From: Candidatus Hydrogenedentota bacterium
GTDB taxonomy: Bacteria > Hydrogenedentota > Hydrogenedentia > Hydrogenedentales > SLHB01
DNA: 64,000 nucleotides
NCBI GenBank assembly: GCA_045863335.1
Contig: BTVY01000014.1
Location: forward strand, 69,862-133,861
Reading direction: 5' to 3'
A program made the translations under genes and the position numbers. Positions 29,607 through 39,823 of this stretch are shown piece after piece. Numbering within the stretch: position 1 is the first letter of the stretch; each line of letters starts with the position of its first letter. The notes beneath the pieces are model-generated. The model was not told where the DNA came from. It searched no databases and saw only the letters and a program-made list of their open reading frames with translations.

Positions 29607-32600
29607 CTAGTCTACGAACATGAACTCATTTGTCAACAATAATACCTGAGCGTACTGCTCCCAGGGTTCCAGCGGTTCCGGCCGCGCGGGTGGCGGTCCC
29701 TCAAAGTCCAATCGCGACAGCCACTCGCGAATGAAGGTGGACTCGTCCTGCGTTTCAGTGACCCAGATTCGGGGATGCCACGTGAATCCGTCCCAACCCG
29801 TGTCCCCCTGGCAGGCAACGACCAGGTCGAGCGTGTCGCCCTGTTGCACCGCGATGTCCGTGGCGTCCGTTACGATCTCACCGTCGTGTACGGTGCCGGA
29901 CCAAACGATGCCCGACTGGCTCGACACGATATATCCCTTGACGCCATTGCCTTTCTCGGAGCTGTGCCGCAAATGGCCTTCAATCGAGATCGTCGCATCC
30001 AGCGGCGCGACCCAACGGCGGATGGCGGCGTGGGCATCGTCGCCCGGATGGCCCCCGTGGCTGTGCAGACTCACCCAGCCGAGGTCGGGATCGGGCAGCT
30101 TGGAACCCCCCTTCCAGGCGCCATCCGAAAAATGGGGTAGCGCAGTGAAGTTCGTGACGGCCCCCGCGCCTTCATCCACCATGCCGTATCCGTACAGCCA
30201 GGTGGGGGCTGGCGGGGCTTCCGGCGGACCCGCCGTCGCGGTCTGTTGCAGAAACGCCAAGCCCATCTCGATCTCGTCATCCGACGGCGTCCGCTGCTGG
30301 GTCAATCCGTATAAGGCCCGAATCCGCGCTTCGTCCGGCAGTTCGCCGCTCACCTCGGGTCGTTCCATCAGCGACTTGGCCTGTTCGATAATGAATGGAC
30401 TATTCATCAGGAAAAGCGCCTGCTGCGGCACGGTCGTAAAATACCGGCGCGGGCTGTGCGTGTCGGGACCCGCAAAATCAAAGGTGCGGAACATGCCCGG
30501 CAGGTTCTGCCGTTCGACGCGGCTGTAGACCGTGCGGCGGACGGGGAACGGCTCTTCCGCGATATCGACGGAGGGTCCGCCCATAGTGAAATCAATGGTG
30601 CCTGCCGCCGCGAGGACCGCGTCGCGCATGGCTTCGAAGTCGAGGCGGCGGCGATTCTGACGCCACACTAAATCGTTCTCGGGATCGATCGCGCGCGCCT
30701 CTGGCCGATCGAAGCTCTCCTGCTGATACGTTTCCGACAACATGATGGTTCGATGGAGGTCTTTGACCGACCAGCCGTTCTCCATAAATTGCCACGACAG
30801 GTGATCCAGCAACGCCGGATGCGTCGGCGGATCGCTTTGAACCCCGAAATCGCTCGGACTGGCCACGAGCGCTTTCCCGAAGTGATACATCCACACCCGA
30901 TTCACCATGACCCGCGCCGTTAGCGGGTTCTCGCGGTTCGCAATGGCCTGCGCCAGTTCGAGCCGGCCGCTCCCGCTATCAAACGAGGTGGGCTCGTCTT
31001 TCGCCAACACCGCGAGGTATCGCCTGGGTACCGTTTCCCCCTTGTTCTCCGGCTTGCCGCGCTCGAATACATACGGCTCGAATGGCTTGTCTGCGTCCAA
31101 CAACGCCATGGCGCAATCGGGCCGGCCCGGATGCGTTGCCTTCACCCTCGCGACCGCGTTACGCAGGTCGCGCACGCGGTTTCGTGTGGGTACATCCTTC
31201 AAATCCTCCACGGCGCCCGCGGGAATGTTGGCCGGACTCTCGCTGCCGTACAATACCTGCCGCAACGCCTCCGCATCGCCGTCCGGGAACGCAGCGGGAA
31301 GCTGCACATCACTCGTGCCGTTTTGCGCGGCGATCTGTGCCCGCGACGCGACGAGATCGACCCATTCCTGATTGACCTGCCGCAACGCGCGTGCGTACCG
31401 CGCGGCGACATCCGCCATCGTCTTCGGCGGGTCGCCTTTGAACGCCTCCGCAATCCGCGGATTGATGCGCAGGTCGGGGTGTTCGTTCGCCGCGATCGCC
31501 GTCGCCAATGCGGAAGCCTCCGCTTCGAACGCTTCGGCCGCAAGCGCGGCGAACCGCTTCCAAGGGGCAAAGATGGGATCGTGTCCTTCCCCGGCCGCCT
31601 TTCCATTCAAGAAGTCGCGCCACCGTTGCAGCAACTGCCAGTGAATCTTCCGATCCCGGGCCAGCGCGCGCAGCGGCTCGTCCTCGGTAATGTCGCGCGC
31701 TTCCCACGCCGCCGCAAGATAATCGCCGACGCGGTTGCGCGCTTCGGACAGCAGCTCCACGTGCATCGACGTCAAGTAATCCTGCACCGCCTGCTCTTTC
31801 GCGGCGACTTCCTTGAGGTATTCCTGATACTGCGGATCGTTTGGGTCCGGTTCCTCGATGAGCGGCGGTTCTTCCGGCTCGTAGGAACTCCGGAAGATCC
31901 CGTACATGGCGTAGTAATCAGCGCTCGATATGGGGTCGTATTTGTGGTCGTGGCACCGCGCGCAGGACACCGTCAGCCCCTGCAAGCCCCGCGTAACCAC
32001 GTCAATCCGGTCGTCCGTGATGTCGTGAACGTTCCCGAGGAAATGACGGCCCAGCGTCAGGAACCCCAGCGCCGCCAGTGGCCGTTGGTCGTCGCCAAGG
32101 TCCATGCGGTCCGCGGCAAGCTGGTGCATGATGAACTGATCGTAGGGCAGGTCCTCGTTGAACGCGCGAATGACATAGTCGCGGTAGGTGTACGAGAACG
32201 CGAACTCGCGTTCCATTTGGAAGACATAGCCTCGTGTATCCGCGTACCGCGCCACGTCGAGCCAGTAACGGCCCCACCGCTCGCCATATCGCGGCGAGGA
32301 CAACAGCCGATCGATCAGCTTGGCATAGGCGTCGGGCGATTCGTCGTTCTCAAATTCCTTGACCTCTTCCGGCGTCGGCGGCAAGCCGTGCAAGTCGAAG
32401 GTGGCCCGCCGGATCAAGGTCCGCTTGTCGGCCTTGGGCGACGGTGTCAGCCCGGTATCTTCAAGCTTCTTCAGGATGAAACGGTCCAAGTCCGAAGCGG
32501 ACCAGTCCGCGTTCGTCACCTCAGGGACAGCCGGATTCGCCACCGGTTGGAAGGCCCAATGGGCATCGCGGGCCTCCTTGATGCGTTCTTCCATCGTCTT

Positions 32601-33185
32601 CGGCTTGGCTGCGACCGGCGCGGCGTCTCCACCGGGCCACGGCGCGCCCATGGCCACCCAATGCGTCAGCGCGTCAATCGCCTCTTGCGGCAACTTTTCC
32701 TTTGGCGGCATCTGGATTTCGCCGGCATATCCGACCACCTGGATAAGCAAACTGCCGGAAGGGTCGCCTGGCTTGATCGCGGCGCCACCCGCCCCACCTT
32801 GCAGCAAAGCGGCCCGAGAATCTACTCGTAGTTCGTTCTTCTGCTTGTCGGGCCCGTGACAGGAAAAGCAATGCTCTGCCAGTACCGGACGAACACTACG
32901 TTCGAAGAACTCGACCGCCTGCGGATCGAGTTCCGCTTCCGCCGCACCCGCGGTTGGCGGCTCAACGGTCGGCGCAAACACCTTATGCAAAGCTTCGGCC
33001 GGCAAACCGGTCTCCTGCTCGCCCGCTAAACGATCAAGCAGCGCTTTCGCCTTGGCTTGGTCCTGCTGAAGCGATTCCAGTTCGCGGATCAACGCGTCGG
33101 CTGTCGTCTCGTCGTCGTCGGCAATGCCAATCGAAACACAACCCAACAAACAGAACACAGTCAACACTTTTCGTGCAATACTCAT
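29607..33185 (-). CDS. Planctomycete-type cytochrome c / DUF1549 / DUF1553 (PSCyt1-PSCyt2-PSD1) protein
   Basis: CFSCH and CARCHDHKYDP haem motifs; HWAFQP; YGERWGRYWLDVARYAD; SGRLELA; NPLTARVMVNRVW. Confidence 0.92.
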   Translation of the reverse strand: MSIARKVLTVFCLLGCVSIGIADDDETTADALIRELESLQQDQAKAKALLDRLAGEQETGLPAEALHKVFAPTVEPPTAGAAEAELDPQAVEFFERSVRPVLAEHCFSCHGPDKQKNELRVDSRAALLQGGAGGAAIKPGDPSGSLLIQVVGYAGEIQMPPKEKLPQEAIDALTHWVAMGAPWPGGDAAPVAAKPKTMEERIKEARDAHWAFQPVANPAVPEVTNADWSASDLDRFILKKLEDTGLTPSPKADKRTLIRRATFDLHGLPPTPEEVKEFENDESPDAYAKLIDRLLSSPRYGERWGRYWLDVARYADTRGYVFQMEREFAFSYTYRDYVIRAFNEDLPYDQFIMHQLAADRMDLGDDQRPLAALGFLTLGRHFLGNVHDITDDRIDVVTRGLQGLTVSCARCHDHKYDPISSADYYAMYGIFRSSYEPEEPPLIEEPDPNDPQYQEYLKEVAAKEQAVQDYLTSMHVELLSEARNRVGDYLAAAWEARDITEDEPLRALARDRKIHWQLLQRWRDFLNGKAAGEGHDPIFAPWKRFAALAAEAFEAEASALATAIAANEHPDLRINPRIAEAFKGDPPKTMADVAARYARALRQVNQEWVDLVASRAQIAAQNGTSDVQLPAAFPDGDAEALRQVLYGSESPANIPAGAVEDLKDVPTRNRVRDLRNAVARVKATHPGRPDCAMALLDADKPFEPYVFERGKPENKGETVPRRYLAVLAKDEPTSFDSGSGRLELAQAIANRENPLTARVMVNRVWMYHFGKALVASPSDFGVQSDPPTHPALLDHLSWQFMENGWSVKDLHRTIMLSETYQQESFDRPEARAIDPENDLVWRQNRRRLDFEAMRDAVLAAAGTIDFTMGGPSVDIAEEPFPVRRTVYSRVERQNLPGMFRTFDFAGPDTHSPRRYFTTVPQQALFLMNSPFIIEQAKSLMERPEVSGELPDEARIRALYGLTQQRTPSDDEIEMGLAFLQQTATAGPPEAPPAPTWLYGYGMVDEGAGAVTNFTALPHFSDGAWKGGSKLPDPDLGWVSLHSHGGHPGDDAHAAIRRWVAPLDATISIEGHLRHSSEKGNGVKGYIVSSQSGIVWSGTVHDGEIVTDATDIAVQQGDTLDLVVACQGDTGWDGFTWHPRIWVTETQDESTFIREWLSRLDFEGPPPARPEPLEPWEQYAQVLLLTNEFMFVD

Positions 33186-33448
33186 CAGTGCCTTACAACC
33201 TTTCGATACCGTGACCTCGCTCCGACCGAAGAACAGGCCACGGTCAAAACTATACCAAGGATTCCGGGTTGCCGCCAAGACGCAAAGGAAGCCCGAATGA
33301 CGCTCAACGAATTTCGGATTTTGCGCATTTAAGGAAGGCGCAAAGCACTATTTGCACTATCCATCAATCTGCCGTATACTGAACTTCTGTGCTGCACTGT
33401 TCATCTGCCGAACTTCACAATCGTACTGAACAAGGGAGGGATTAATTT

Positions 33449-34825
33449 ATGAAGACAGCCATTACCCGCAGTCTCCACCACGCGCTTAAAACCGCGCCCG
33501 TGGCTCTCGCGCTCGTTCTGACTGCCATTCTGGCCGGGACGGGTTGCCCGAAACCCGCACCCGAAGGCATCCCCGTCATCGACCTCGCCGTCGGAGATGG
33601 AGGCCTCGACTTCGACCTGAAAGGCGGGGAGACCTCCGAGTTCGAGTACGCGAAGGTGCTGCTCTATTTCAATGTGCTCAAAGGCGACAACCAGCAGGAT
33701 CCGGATGTCATCCTCAGCGGCGAAAACATCCCGGAACTTGAGTACCCGATCAGCACGGTCCTTACACCCCATGATCTCTATGTGTCCGATCTCTACTCGG
33801 AAAACGTCCTGATCTGGCGCGATTACCGTTCCCTTTCGGCCAAGGCCGACGTCATCGCGGCGCCGGACGTGATTCTTAGCGCCGAAAGCACGTTTGACGA
33901 ACCCGTGCAGATTCTAGTTGAAGACAACCGCCTCTTCGTAGCGGACTACTACTTTGATGAAAAGAAAGCCTGTTGTGGCGCGATAGCGATCTTTGACGAT
34001 GCCGCCGGCATCACCGAAGACCGGTTCCCGGACGTAGTACTCGATGATCCCGGCACACCCAATGGCATCGCCTATGCCGACGATCAACTCTACGTCGCGG
34101 ACTCGTCCCAGGATCGGGTCCTGGTGTACACCAGCGTTTCCGACATCCTCGAGGAAGACGACAAAGGACTGCTGGATCCGGAGATCGTTGAACTCAGCGG
34201 TCCTTCCTGGTTGAACCTCGACGATGAAGGGCCCGTCATCCCCTTGAAAGTCGACGTCTTTGACAACCACTTGTACGTGACCACGGCAACGAACTTCCTG
34301 TTTGTGTTCAGCCCCGCGGATGCTCTCGTGGACTTCCAGGAACCCGATGCCGTAATTGCGCAATCCAATGGCGCCCTTGAAACGCCCTTCGGATCGCAAC
34401 TCGTCGGCGACCGCCTGTTCGTCGCCAACCTCAATGCGCCGTTCTTAATCCTCACGAAGGATGCGGAGGCCAAGTCGAACAGCATCGGCATGGTCGCTTT
34501 CGAGAACGCAACCGATCTCCTGACCGGGCAGCTACCTTCGCTGGCCTTTGACACCACGCACGCGCAGATCCCCGCGGTACAAGATCTCGTCGCGGAAGGT
34601 GACGTGCTCTTTGTGGCCACGTCGGTTCCAGAAGAAAACGTGCCCTTCAAGAGCGCGACCAAAGCCCCCTACTTCGGCTCGTTCTATCCCGTCGGCGACG
34701 TGCACATCTATCGCAACGCCGACGCGGTCTCGGCCAAACGGCCGGGCGACATTGTGCTTCCGGCGCTGAAAGATTTCCTGGGGCCGCTCAGCATCGACAC
34801 GAACCGCCAATTCACCGGACTATAG
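33449..34825 (+). CDS. Lipoprotein with NHL-like/beta-propeller repeats
   Basis: Lipobox LAGTGC; repeated LYV.D / LFVAD / LYVADS..DRV strands and PD.VL repeats. Confidence 0.65.
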   Translation: MKTAITRSLHHALKTAPVALALVLTAILAGTGCPKPAPEGIPVIDLAVGDGGLDFDLKGGETSEFEYAKVLLYFNVLKGDNQQDPDVILSGENIPELEYPISTVLTPHDLYVSDLYSENVLIWRDYRSLSAKADVIAAPDVILSAESTFDEPVQILVEDNRLFVADYYFDEKKACCGAIAIFDDAAGITEDRFPDVVLDDPGTPNGIAYADDQLYVADSSQDRVLVYTSVSDILEEDDKGLLDPEIVELSGPSWLNLDDEGPVIPLKVDVFDNHLYVTTATNFLFVFSPADALVDFQEPDAVIAQSNGALETPFGSQLVGDRLFVANLNAPFLILTKDAEAKSNSIGMVAFENATDLLTGQLPSLAFDTTHAQIPAVQDLVAEGDVLFVATSVPEENVPFKSATKAPYFGSFYPVGDVHIYRNADAVSAKRPGDIVLPALKDFLGPLSIDTNRQFTGL

Positions 34826-34848
34826 ACCGGAGACCAGGACAATCTTCC

Positions 34849-34884
34849 GCGGGGGCACGGCCAAGTGTCGTGCCCCCGCTTTCT
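34849..34884 (+). terminator. Rho-independent terminator
   Basis: GCGGGGGCACGGC-caagt-GTCGTGCCCCCGC followed by TTTCT. Confidence 0.7.
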
Positions 34885-35001
34885 GTGTATGCGGACCGCC
34901 TTTTCCCTCCACTACCGAACTCCGTTTGAATCGGCTCCGGACCTCGACCAACAATAGCGGTCTGCTAGGTGGCCGTTTCCGGTACGTACAGGAGGTGAAT
35001 C

Positions 35002-35712
35002 ATGGCCAACGTCAATGACCATACCTTCACACGATCGCGAGTCATGGGCGAACTCGAGTCTATGGGCAAGCCCAACACCGCAAAAATCTACGGACGCCAC
35101 GGCGTCACCGGCGAGACCTTCGGCGTCAGTTACGCCGATCTGGGCGACCTCCACAAGCGAATCGGCACGAACCACGCCCTTGCGCTTGAACTATGGAAAT
35201 CGAAGGTGCATGACGCCCAAGTGCTGGCCACAAAGGTCGCCAATTCCGAAACCATGACCAAGGCCGAGATCAACGGCTGGGTCAAGGATGCCGGCAACTA
35301 CGTCATTACGGACGCCATTTCGGCGTTAGCGGCCCGTATGAAGGCGGGGTTGGAGCTTTCGTTGAAGTGGATCGATTCGAAAGACGAGTGGACCTCCGCA
35401 GCGGGCTGGGGCGCCATATCCGTCTTGGCGATGAACGGAGGTCTCGACGCACCCACTGCGCGTCAACTACTGAAGCGAATCGTCCGGGACATTCATTCCG
35501 CGAAGAACCGCACGCGCCACACCATGAACAGCGCGCTTATCGCCATTGGCGGCGCCATGGATGAGCTGCGGGAGGAGGCCATTGCCGCAGCAAGAGCCAT
35601 CGGCAAGGTGGATGTCGATCACGGAGAAACGGGATGCGAAACACCAGACGCGATTGCGTACATTCAGCGCATGGCTGCGCGTCCGAAGCGAAAACGGAAC
35701 ACGCCACGATAG
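35002..35712 (+). CDS. DNA alkylation repair (AlkD-like HEAT-repeat) protein
   Basis: FGVS...L..L.K.IG.NH.LA.ELW; TMNSALIAIG; KVDVDHGETGCETPDA..YI. Confidence 0.8.
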   Translation: MANVNDHTFTRSRVMGELESMGKPNTAKIYGRHGVTGETFGVSYADLGDLHKRIGTNHALALELWKSKVHDAQVLATKVANSETMTKAEINGWVKDAGNYVITDAISALAARMKAGLELSLKWIDSKDEWTSAAGWGAISVLAMNGGLDAPTARQLLKRIVRDIHSAKNRTRHTMNSALIAIGGAMDELREEAIAAARAIGKVDVDHGETGCETPDAIAYIQRMAARPKRKRNTPR

Positions 35713-35730
35713 GCGATGGCCGTGCGGGCA

Positions 35731-36171
35731 TCAGTCCGCGTCCGGCATTTTCCGAAATGCCACGGCGATCCGGTTCCACGCATTCATCGTCGAGACACAG
35801 ACGGTAAGGTCAACGATCTCCTTCTCCGAGAAATGGTCGCGCAACGCGTCAAACACTCCGTCCGGGACGTGGGTCTGCGAGACGTGCGTGACGCTTTCCG
35901 CGTATTCGAAGGCGGCGCGCTCCCGCGCGGTGAAGAAGGGCGACTCATGCCACACGGCGACCGAATCAAGCCGTTGCTGCGACTCGCCAAGTGCGCGCGC
36001 TTCCTTGGAATGCTTGTCCACGCAGAACACGCACCCGTTGATCTGCGACACCCGAATCTCCACCAGCGCGCGCAGCTTCTGATCGAAGTCGCCGCTGCCG
36101 AGATAGGCGTTAATCTGAAGCAGGTGTCCGAAGGGTTCCCCGGAAATCGCGTAATACTCCATTCTGGGCAT
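35731..36171 (-). CDS. Carboxymuconolactone decarboxylase / AhpD family protein
   Basis: RVSQINGCVFCVDKH; FTARERAA..YAE; NAWNRI. Confidence 0.9.
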   Translation of the reverse strand: MPRMEYYAISGEPFGHLLQINAYLGSGDFDQKLRALVEIRVSQINGCVFCVDKHSKEARALGESQQRLDSVAVWHESPFFTARERAAFEYAESVTHVSQTHVPDGVFDALRDHFSEKEIVDLTVCVSTMNAWNRIAVAFRKMPDAD

Positions 36172-36217
36172 GTTGCGTAGTCCTTTCTTAAACCACCCGC
36201 GGCGCATGCGCACGCAT

Positions 36218-37507
36218 TTACACAAGTCTCCGCAAAAGCGCGTCACACTGTTCGGTAAACCCCCGGGCCGCAGTCTCGCGAAAGGGCGGCAGGTCCGTAA
36301 TCTTCGGTACCACCACCGCCGCGTATTCCCGGTCGGCGTAGGCTTTCGGATCGGTTACGTAACCAATCAGATCATCGCAGAACCCCACGCAGAGCGTATG
36401 CGAGAAAGGCGAATCAAAACGCAATCGCAGTCCGTAGTAGCTGTAGAGTTCGGCAGGGTGAAACAGCAACGCGAGACCGCCAATCCGCATCGCGCTGATG
36501 GGCGCTGCATAAGCCGCTTTGCCGCGGTCCCAATCCTTGGCGCTTTCGTACCAGGCCTTGGCAAAAGCCGCGTCGACCCAGACGCCATTGGTGCATTCCT
36601 CGGGATAATCCCGATAGTGCGCTAACTGCGCATCGAGGCGGTCGAAGTCGTAAGGAACCTCTGCCGTTCCCTGTACGACGCAAATCTCGTCGGCGCGCAC
36701 GAGGTGGCCGTGTTCCACGGCATGGTGCAACGCGAGCGCGATGGACCGCGCCGTCGGTTCCGGATCGCCAATCCATTTTGCGCCGTCTCCCGGGTTCACG
36801 TCACCGATGTGCCCTTGCAACAGCGAAGGATAGGCTTGGCCCGCCGCCACAAACGGTTCCGCTACCAGCCCCGGCCAGTCCGGCCCGGCCTCGTTGTTCT
36901 GGTAACAGACCGGATGCGCGCAGAAGTGATACCACTGCGGACAGGACTTGCCGTTGGCGCGTTGAAAATACAGCGCGTGCAACGTGGTGTCGAGCCAGCG
37001 CTCCTCGTCGGATGAATCCGCGGTGAACGCTTCGTCCGTCTTCCATTCCTTGGTCGTGCGGTTCGAGTTGCCGCCTTCGACGCGTTCCGCGCCTACATAG
37101 CAGTCTGCTTCCGAGAGATCCGCCACCGCCTTCTTGATGGCCGCGACACAGTGGGTTTCGACGGAGGCCATGTACTCCGGTGAGATGGCGCCCCACTGGC
37201 GCAGGTAGCGGAACGTCGGCATGCTGTGGGTGTGCGTGGCGCACACGCGCACGTGCGCCGCGGGAATGCCCGTTTCCGTTTGCACGCGCGTTTGCACGCG
37301 CTTCGCGAAGTCTGCCGATACGGCGCACATATCAATCGAAAGTATCGCTACCGTCGCCTCGCCAACGCGCAGCACCAATGTCCGCGCGGCCGCTGGACGG
37401 CGAATAGCCTCGACGACCCGCTCCTGCCCCGGCGGCTTGTGAAATCCGGCCATCTCGATCCCGAGCGGCGGCGTGATATCGACCGTGCCTTCACCTACAA
37501 AAAGCAT
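36218..37507 (-). CDS. Neutral/alkaline ceramidase-like hydrolase
   Basis: DITPPLG..MAG, CATHTHS, FCAHPV, QGHIGDVNP. Confidence 0.75.
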   Translation of the reverse strand: MLFVGEGTVDITPPLGIEMAGFHKPPGQERVVEAIRRPAAARTLVLRVGEATVAILSIDMCAVSADFAKRVQTRVQTETGIPAAHVRVCATHTHSMPTFRYLRQWGAISPEYMASVETHCVAAIKKAVADLSEADCYVGAERVEGGNSNRTTKEWKTDEAFTADSSDEERWLDTTLHALYFQRANGKSCPQWYHFCAHPVCYQNNEAGPDWPGLVAEPFVAAGQAYPSLLQGHIGDVNPGDGAKWIGDPEPTARSIALALHHAVEHGHLVRADEICVVQGTAEVPYDFDRLDAQLAHYRDYPEECTNGVWVDAAFAKAWYESAKDWDRGKAAYAAPISAMRIGGLALLFHPAELYSYYGLRLRFDSPFSHTLCVGFCDDLIGYVTDPKAYADREYAAVVVPKITDLPPFRETAARGFTEQCDALLRRLV

Positions 37508-37635
37508 GGTTGTCCCTCCTTGCAGCTAAAGACCATCTTAGCATGGACGGAAGAACTTCGTGCGAGCGCCAGCGCCTTCTATCGATAGCGAGAAACCACG
37601 GCCATTGATAAGAATGACTTGCGGACCATGTTCTT

Positions 37636-37708
37636 AGCAGCGTAGCGAAGATTCTCAAGTTACTTGGGTTTTCGGTCCGAAGAGATTCTTCGCTTCGCTC
37701 AGAATGAC
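37636..37708. repeat. REP-like palindrome (GAGATTCTTCGCTTCGCTCAGAATGAC) with a degenerate inverted partner
   Basis: 37682-37708 GAGATTCTTCGCTTCGCTCAGAATGAC; upstream AGCGTAGCGAAGATTCTC is its partial reverse complement. Confidence 0.55.
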
Positions 37709-37733
37709 GATCCCCGCCGGTTTTGGGATGCCT

Positions 37734-38819
37734 CTAGTGTCTCAAGGCCCCATCGATGAATGCGTACGCCTGTTCGCGAATCTCTGGTGGGAAATCGTGG
37801 CCGCAATCAGGGTGGACGGACTGCAAATGGTCTACCGCATCGAACAGCGCGTACACCGGCTTTGCGGCGTCGACGCAGTCCCGCACGCCGGAGACCTCAA
37901 AATTTTCGTCGCCGGTCGGAGCGTTGATGAATACCGGACGAGGTGCGAGCGCGCCGAGGATCTCGGGAAAATCGAAAGGCATCTGCGCGGGATCCTTGCC
38001 GTACATCTCGGCGATGCGCGGCATATAGCCTTGGTGACTCCAGCCGGTCAGATCGCCGCCGTAGTACTTGGCGAACCGGTTGAACCCGCAACTGGTGACC
38101 ATCACCTTGATCCGCGGATCGAACATGCCCGCGAACAGCGTGTTGTGGCCGCCCAGCGAATGACCGATGCACCCGATGCGGTCGTCGTCGACTTCCGGCA
38201 GCGACTGCAACAAGTCGACGCAGCGCATATGATTCCAGATGCCTTTCATCGTCGCGCTCGCGTAGCCCAAGGCATACGCGTCGATGCCCGTGTAGTCGCC
38301 GAAACCGGGGTAGTCCGGCGCAAGTGTCACGTACCCGCGTTGCGCAAGCTCTTCTGCGTAGTTCCTGTTGGGTTTGTCGCCGAGTCCGACGACCATCCCC
38401 TTGCCGTGGACCGACGTGGGATGCAGACAGAGTATGGCTGGCGCGGGGGCCTTCAGCTCTTTCGGAACGAGCAAGTAGGCCGGCAATCGATCACCCGCCT
38501 CCACAGCGAAGGTGACCTTCTTTCGGATGTAGTCGGGAAACTCCGCTTCTTCCTCAACGCGCAGATCGAACGGAACCTTCCGCGACGCGTCCGGCATGGG
38601 TCCCGCGACGCGTTGGAAATTCTCGATGATATGCCGCCGTCGGATCGCCCAAGTTGCTTCGCTGTCTATCGGGTGCTTCACGCCTTCGGAGTCCTGGTAT
38701 TGGAGAAGGTGTTGTTTGTCCTCGTAAAAGGGCGTATTCGCGCCGGCGCTGGCCATGGCTGCCAAAATGAGTACGACGATCGGAATCATGGTCGTTTCCT
38801 TTTGCGGCATACCGCGCAT
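37734..38819 (-). CDS. Alpha/beta hydrolase (dienelactone hydrolase/esterase-like)
   Basis: LCLHPT, TLAPDYPGFG, IGHSLGG, APRP, GHDFP; start may be a few codons later. Confidence 0.85.
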   Translation of the reverse strand: MRGMPQKETTMIPIVVLILAAMASAGANTPFYEDKQHLLQYQDSEGVKHPIDSEATWAIRRRHIIENFQRVAGPMPDASRKVPFDLRVEEEAEFPDYIRKKVTFAVEAGDRLPAYLLVPKELKAPAPAILCLHPTSVHGKGMVVGLGDKPNRNYAEELAQRGYVTLAPDYPGFGDYTGIDAYALGYASATMKGIWNHMRCVDLLQSLPEVDDDRIGCIGHSLGGHNTLFAGMFDPRIKVMVTSCGFNRFAKYYGGDLTGWSHQGYMPRIAEMYGKDPAQMPFDFPEILGALAPRPVFINAPTGDENFEVSGVRDCVDAAKPVYALFDAVDHLQSVHPDCGHDFPPEIREQAYAFIDGALRH

Positions 38820-38845
38820 CGGTTCGTTTCTCCTGGGATTGCCGA

Positions 38846-39580
38846 TCAGTCACTTTTGTGCCGCGCGAGCGACGGATAGAATTCGCGCAAGTACTCGGCC
38901 GTCATGTTCAGTGGAAGCTGCCCTGCAGCCGTGCCGTCGCCGAAAGACGCAAAAGTGAACAGGGATCCCAACGCCGGAAAGAAGATGCGGCTCACCAAGC
39001 CGATCTCTCCCATGCCGATGGTGACGAGTCCTTTTTCGCGATGGCGCAGCGTGTATTCCGCCAGGGTGTGAAGGTCCCTCGGCGTGTTGCACGTGGCCGC
39101 GATCTTGACGATATCCGCACCCGCATCGTGCGCGCGGTTTGCGATGTCATCCAGCGTGGAGGCCGGCGGTGTCTTCTCGAAATCGTGAAACGAGATCACG
39201 ACGCAACGCTCGCCATCGTGCGCAGCGGCGATTACCTCACCCACAATCGCCGTCGACGACAGTTCGACATCCACCGCCGCTACGTGGGGAAGCACGGCTT
39301 CGTACAATGCGTATCGCTCCGCGTCCGCACCGGCCCACTGGCCGCCTTCGGCAGCAGACCGAATGGTCGCCAGCACGGGGACATCTCGAAAGCGGTCGTC
39401 CTCAGCGAGTACAGCCTTGGGGCTGCGGTCAGCAAACAGATCGACGCGCAGCTCGGCGATGTCCATACCAAGCCGCGTGGCCTCCGCAATCCGTTCCGGC
39501 GGCGTCCCATCACGAAAGGGCACGGCGATGCGCGGTCTAACACCGTCAAGCTGCAACGGACCGAATTGAACCGGCTTCAT
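38846..39580 (-). CDS. aroD: Type I 3-dehydroquinate dehydratase
   Basis: ELRVD, TIRSAAEGG, VDVE, SFHDFEKTP, ADIVKIA, GMG..G.VSR, AAGQ. Confidence 0.93.
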   Translation of the reverse strand: MKPVQFGPLQLDGVRPRIAVPFRDGTPPERIAEATRLGMDIAELRVDLFADRSPKAVLAEDDRFRDVPVLATIRSAAEGGQWAGADAERYALYEAVLPHVAAVDVELSSTAIVGEVIAAAHDGERCVVISFHDFEKTPPASTLDDIANRAHDAGADIVKIAATCNTPRDLHTLAEYTLRHREKGLVTIGMGEIGLVSRIFFPALGSLFTFASFGDGTAAGQLPLNMTAEYLREFYPSLARHKSD

Positions 39581-39823
39581 CCTGATTCACCTTTCCAAAC
39601 CTTCGGACTACTGACTCGAAACGTTCGACTCGCACAGACGACAGACGGGGTCGAGTCCGCGAATCACCGTAACTCACGACAGATACCGGATTGTAGCGTG
39701 CACGTACACAAACCGCTAGCTGCAATTTCGGCAATCCGCAATTGGAGATCCGCAATCGTTGAACCCCGTCTCATCCGCGCCTATACTGCCCCCGTTTCGG
39801 AAAACCAACGAGGGAGTACCCGA

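Noticed and set aside
38858-39823. Apparent 644-aa epimerase with a long N-terminal extension
   Set aside because: The extension is antisense to aroD; the real start is ATG 39824 after a GGGAG RBS.
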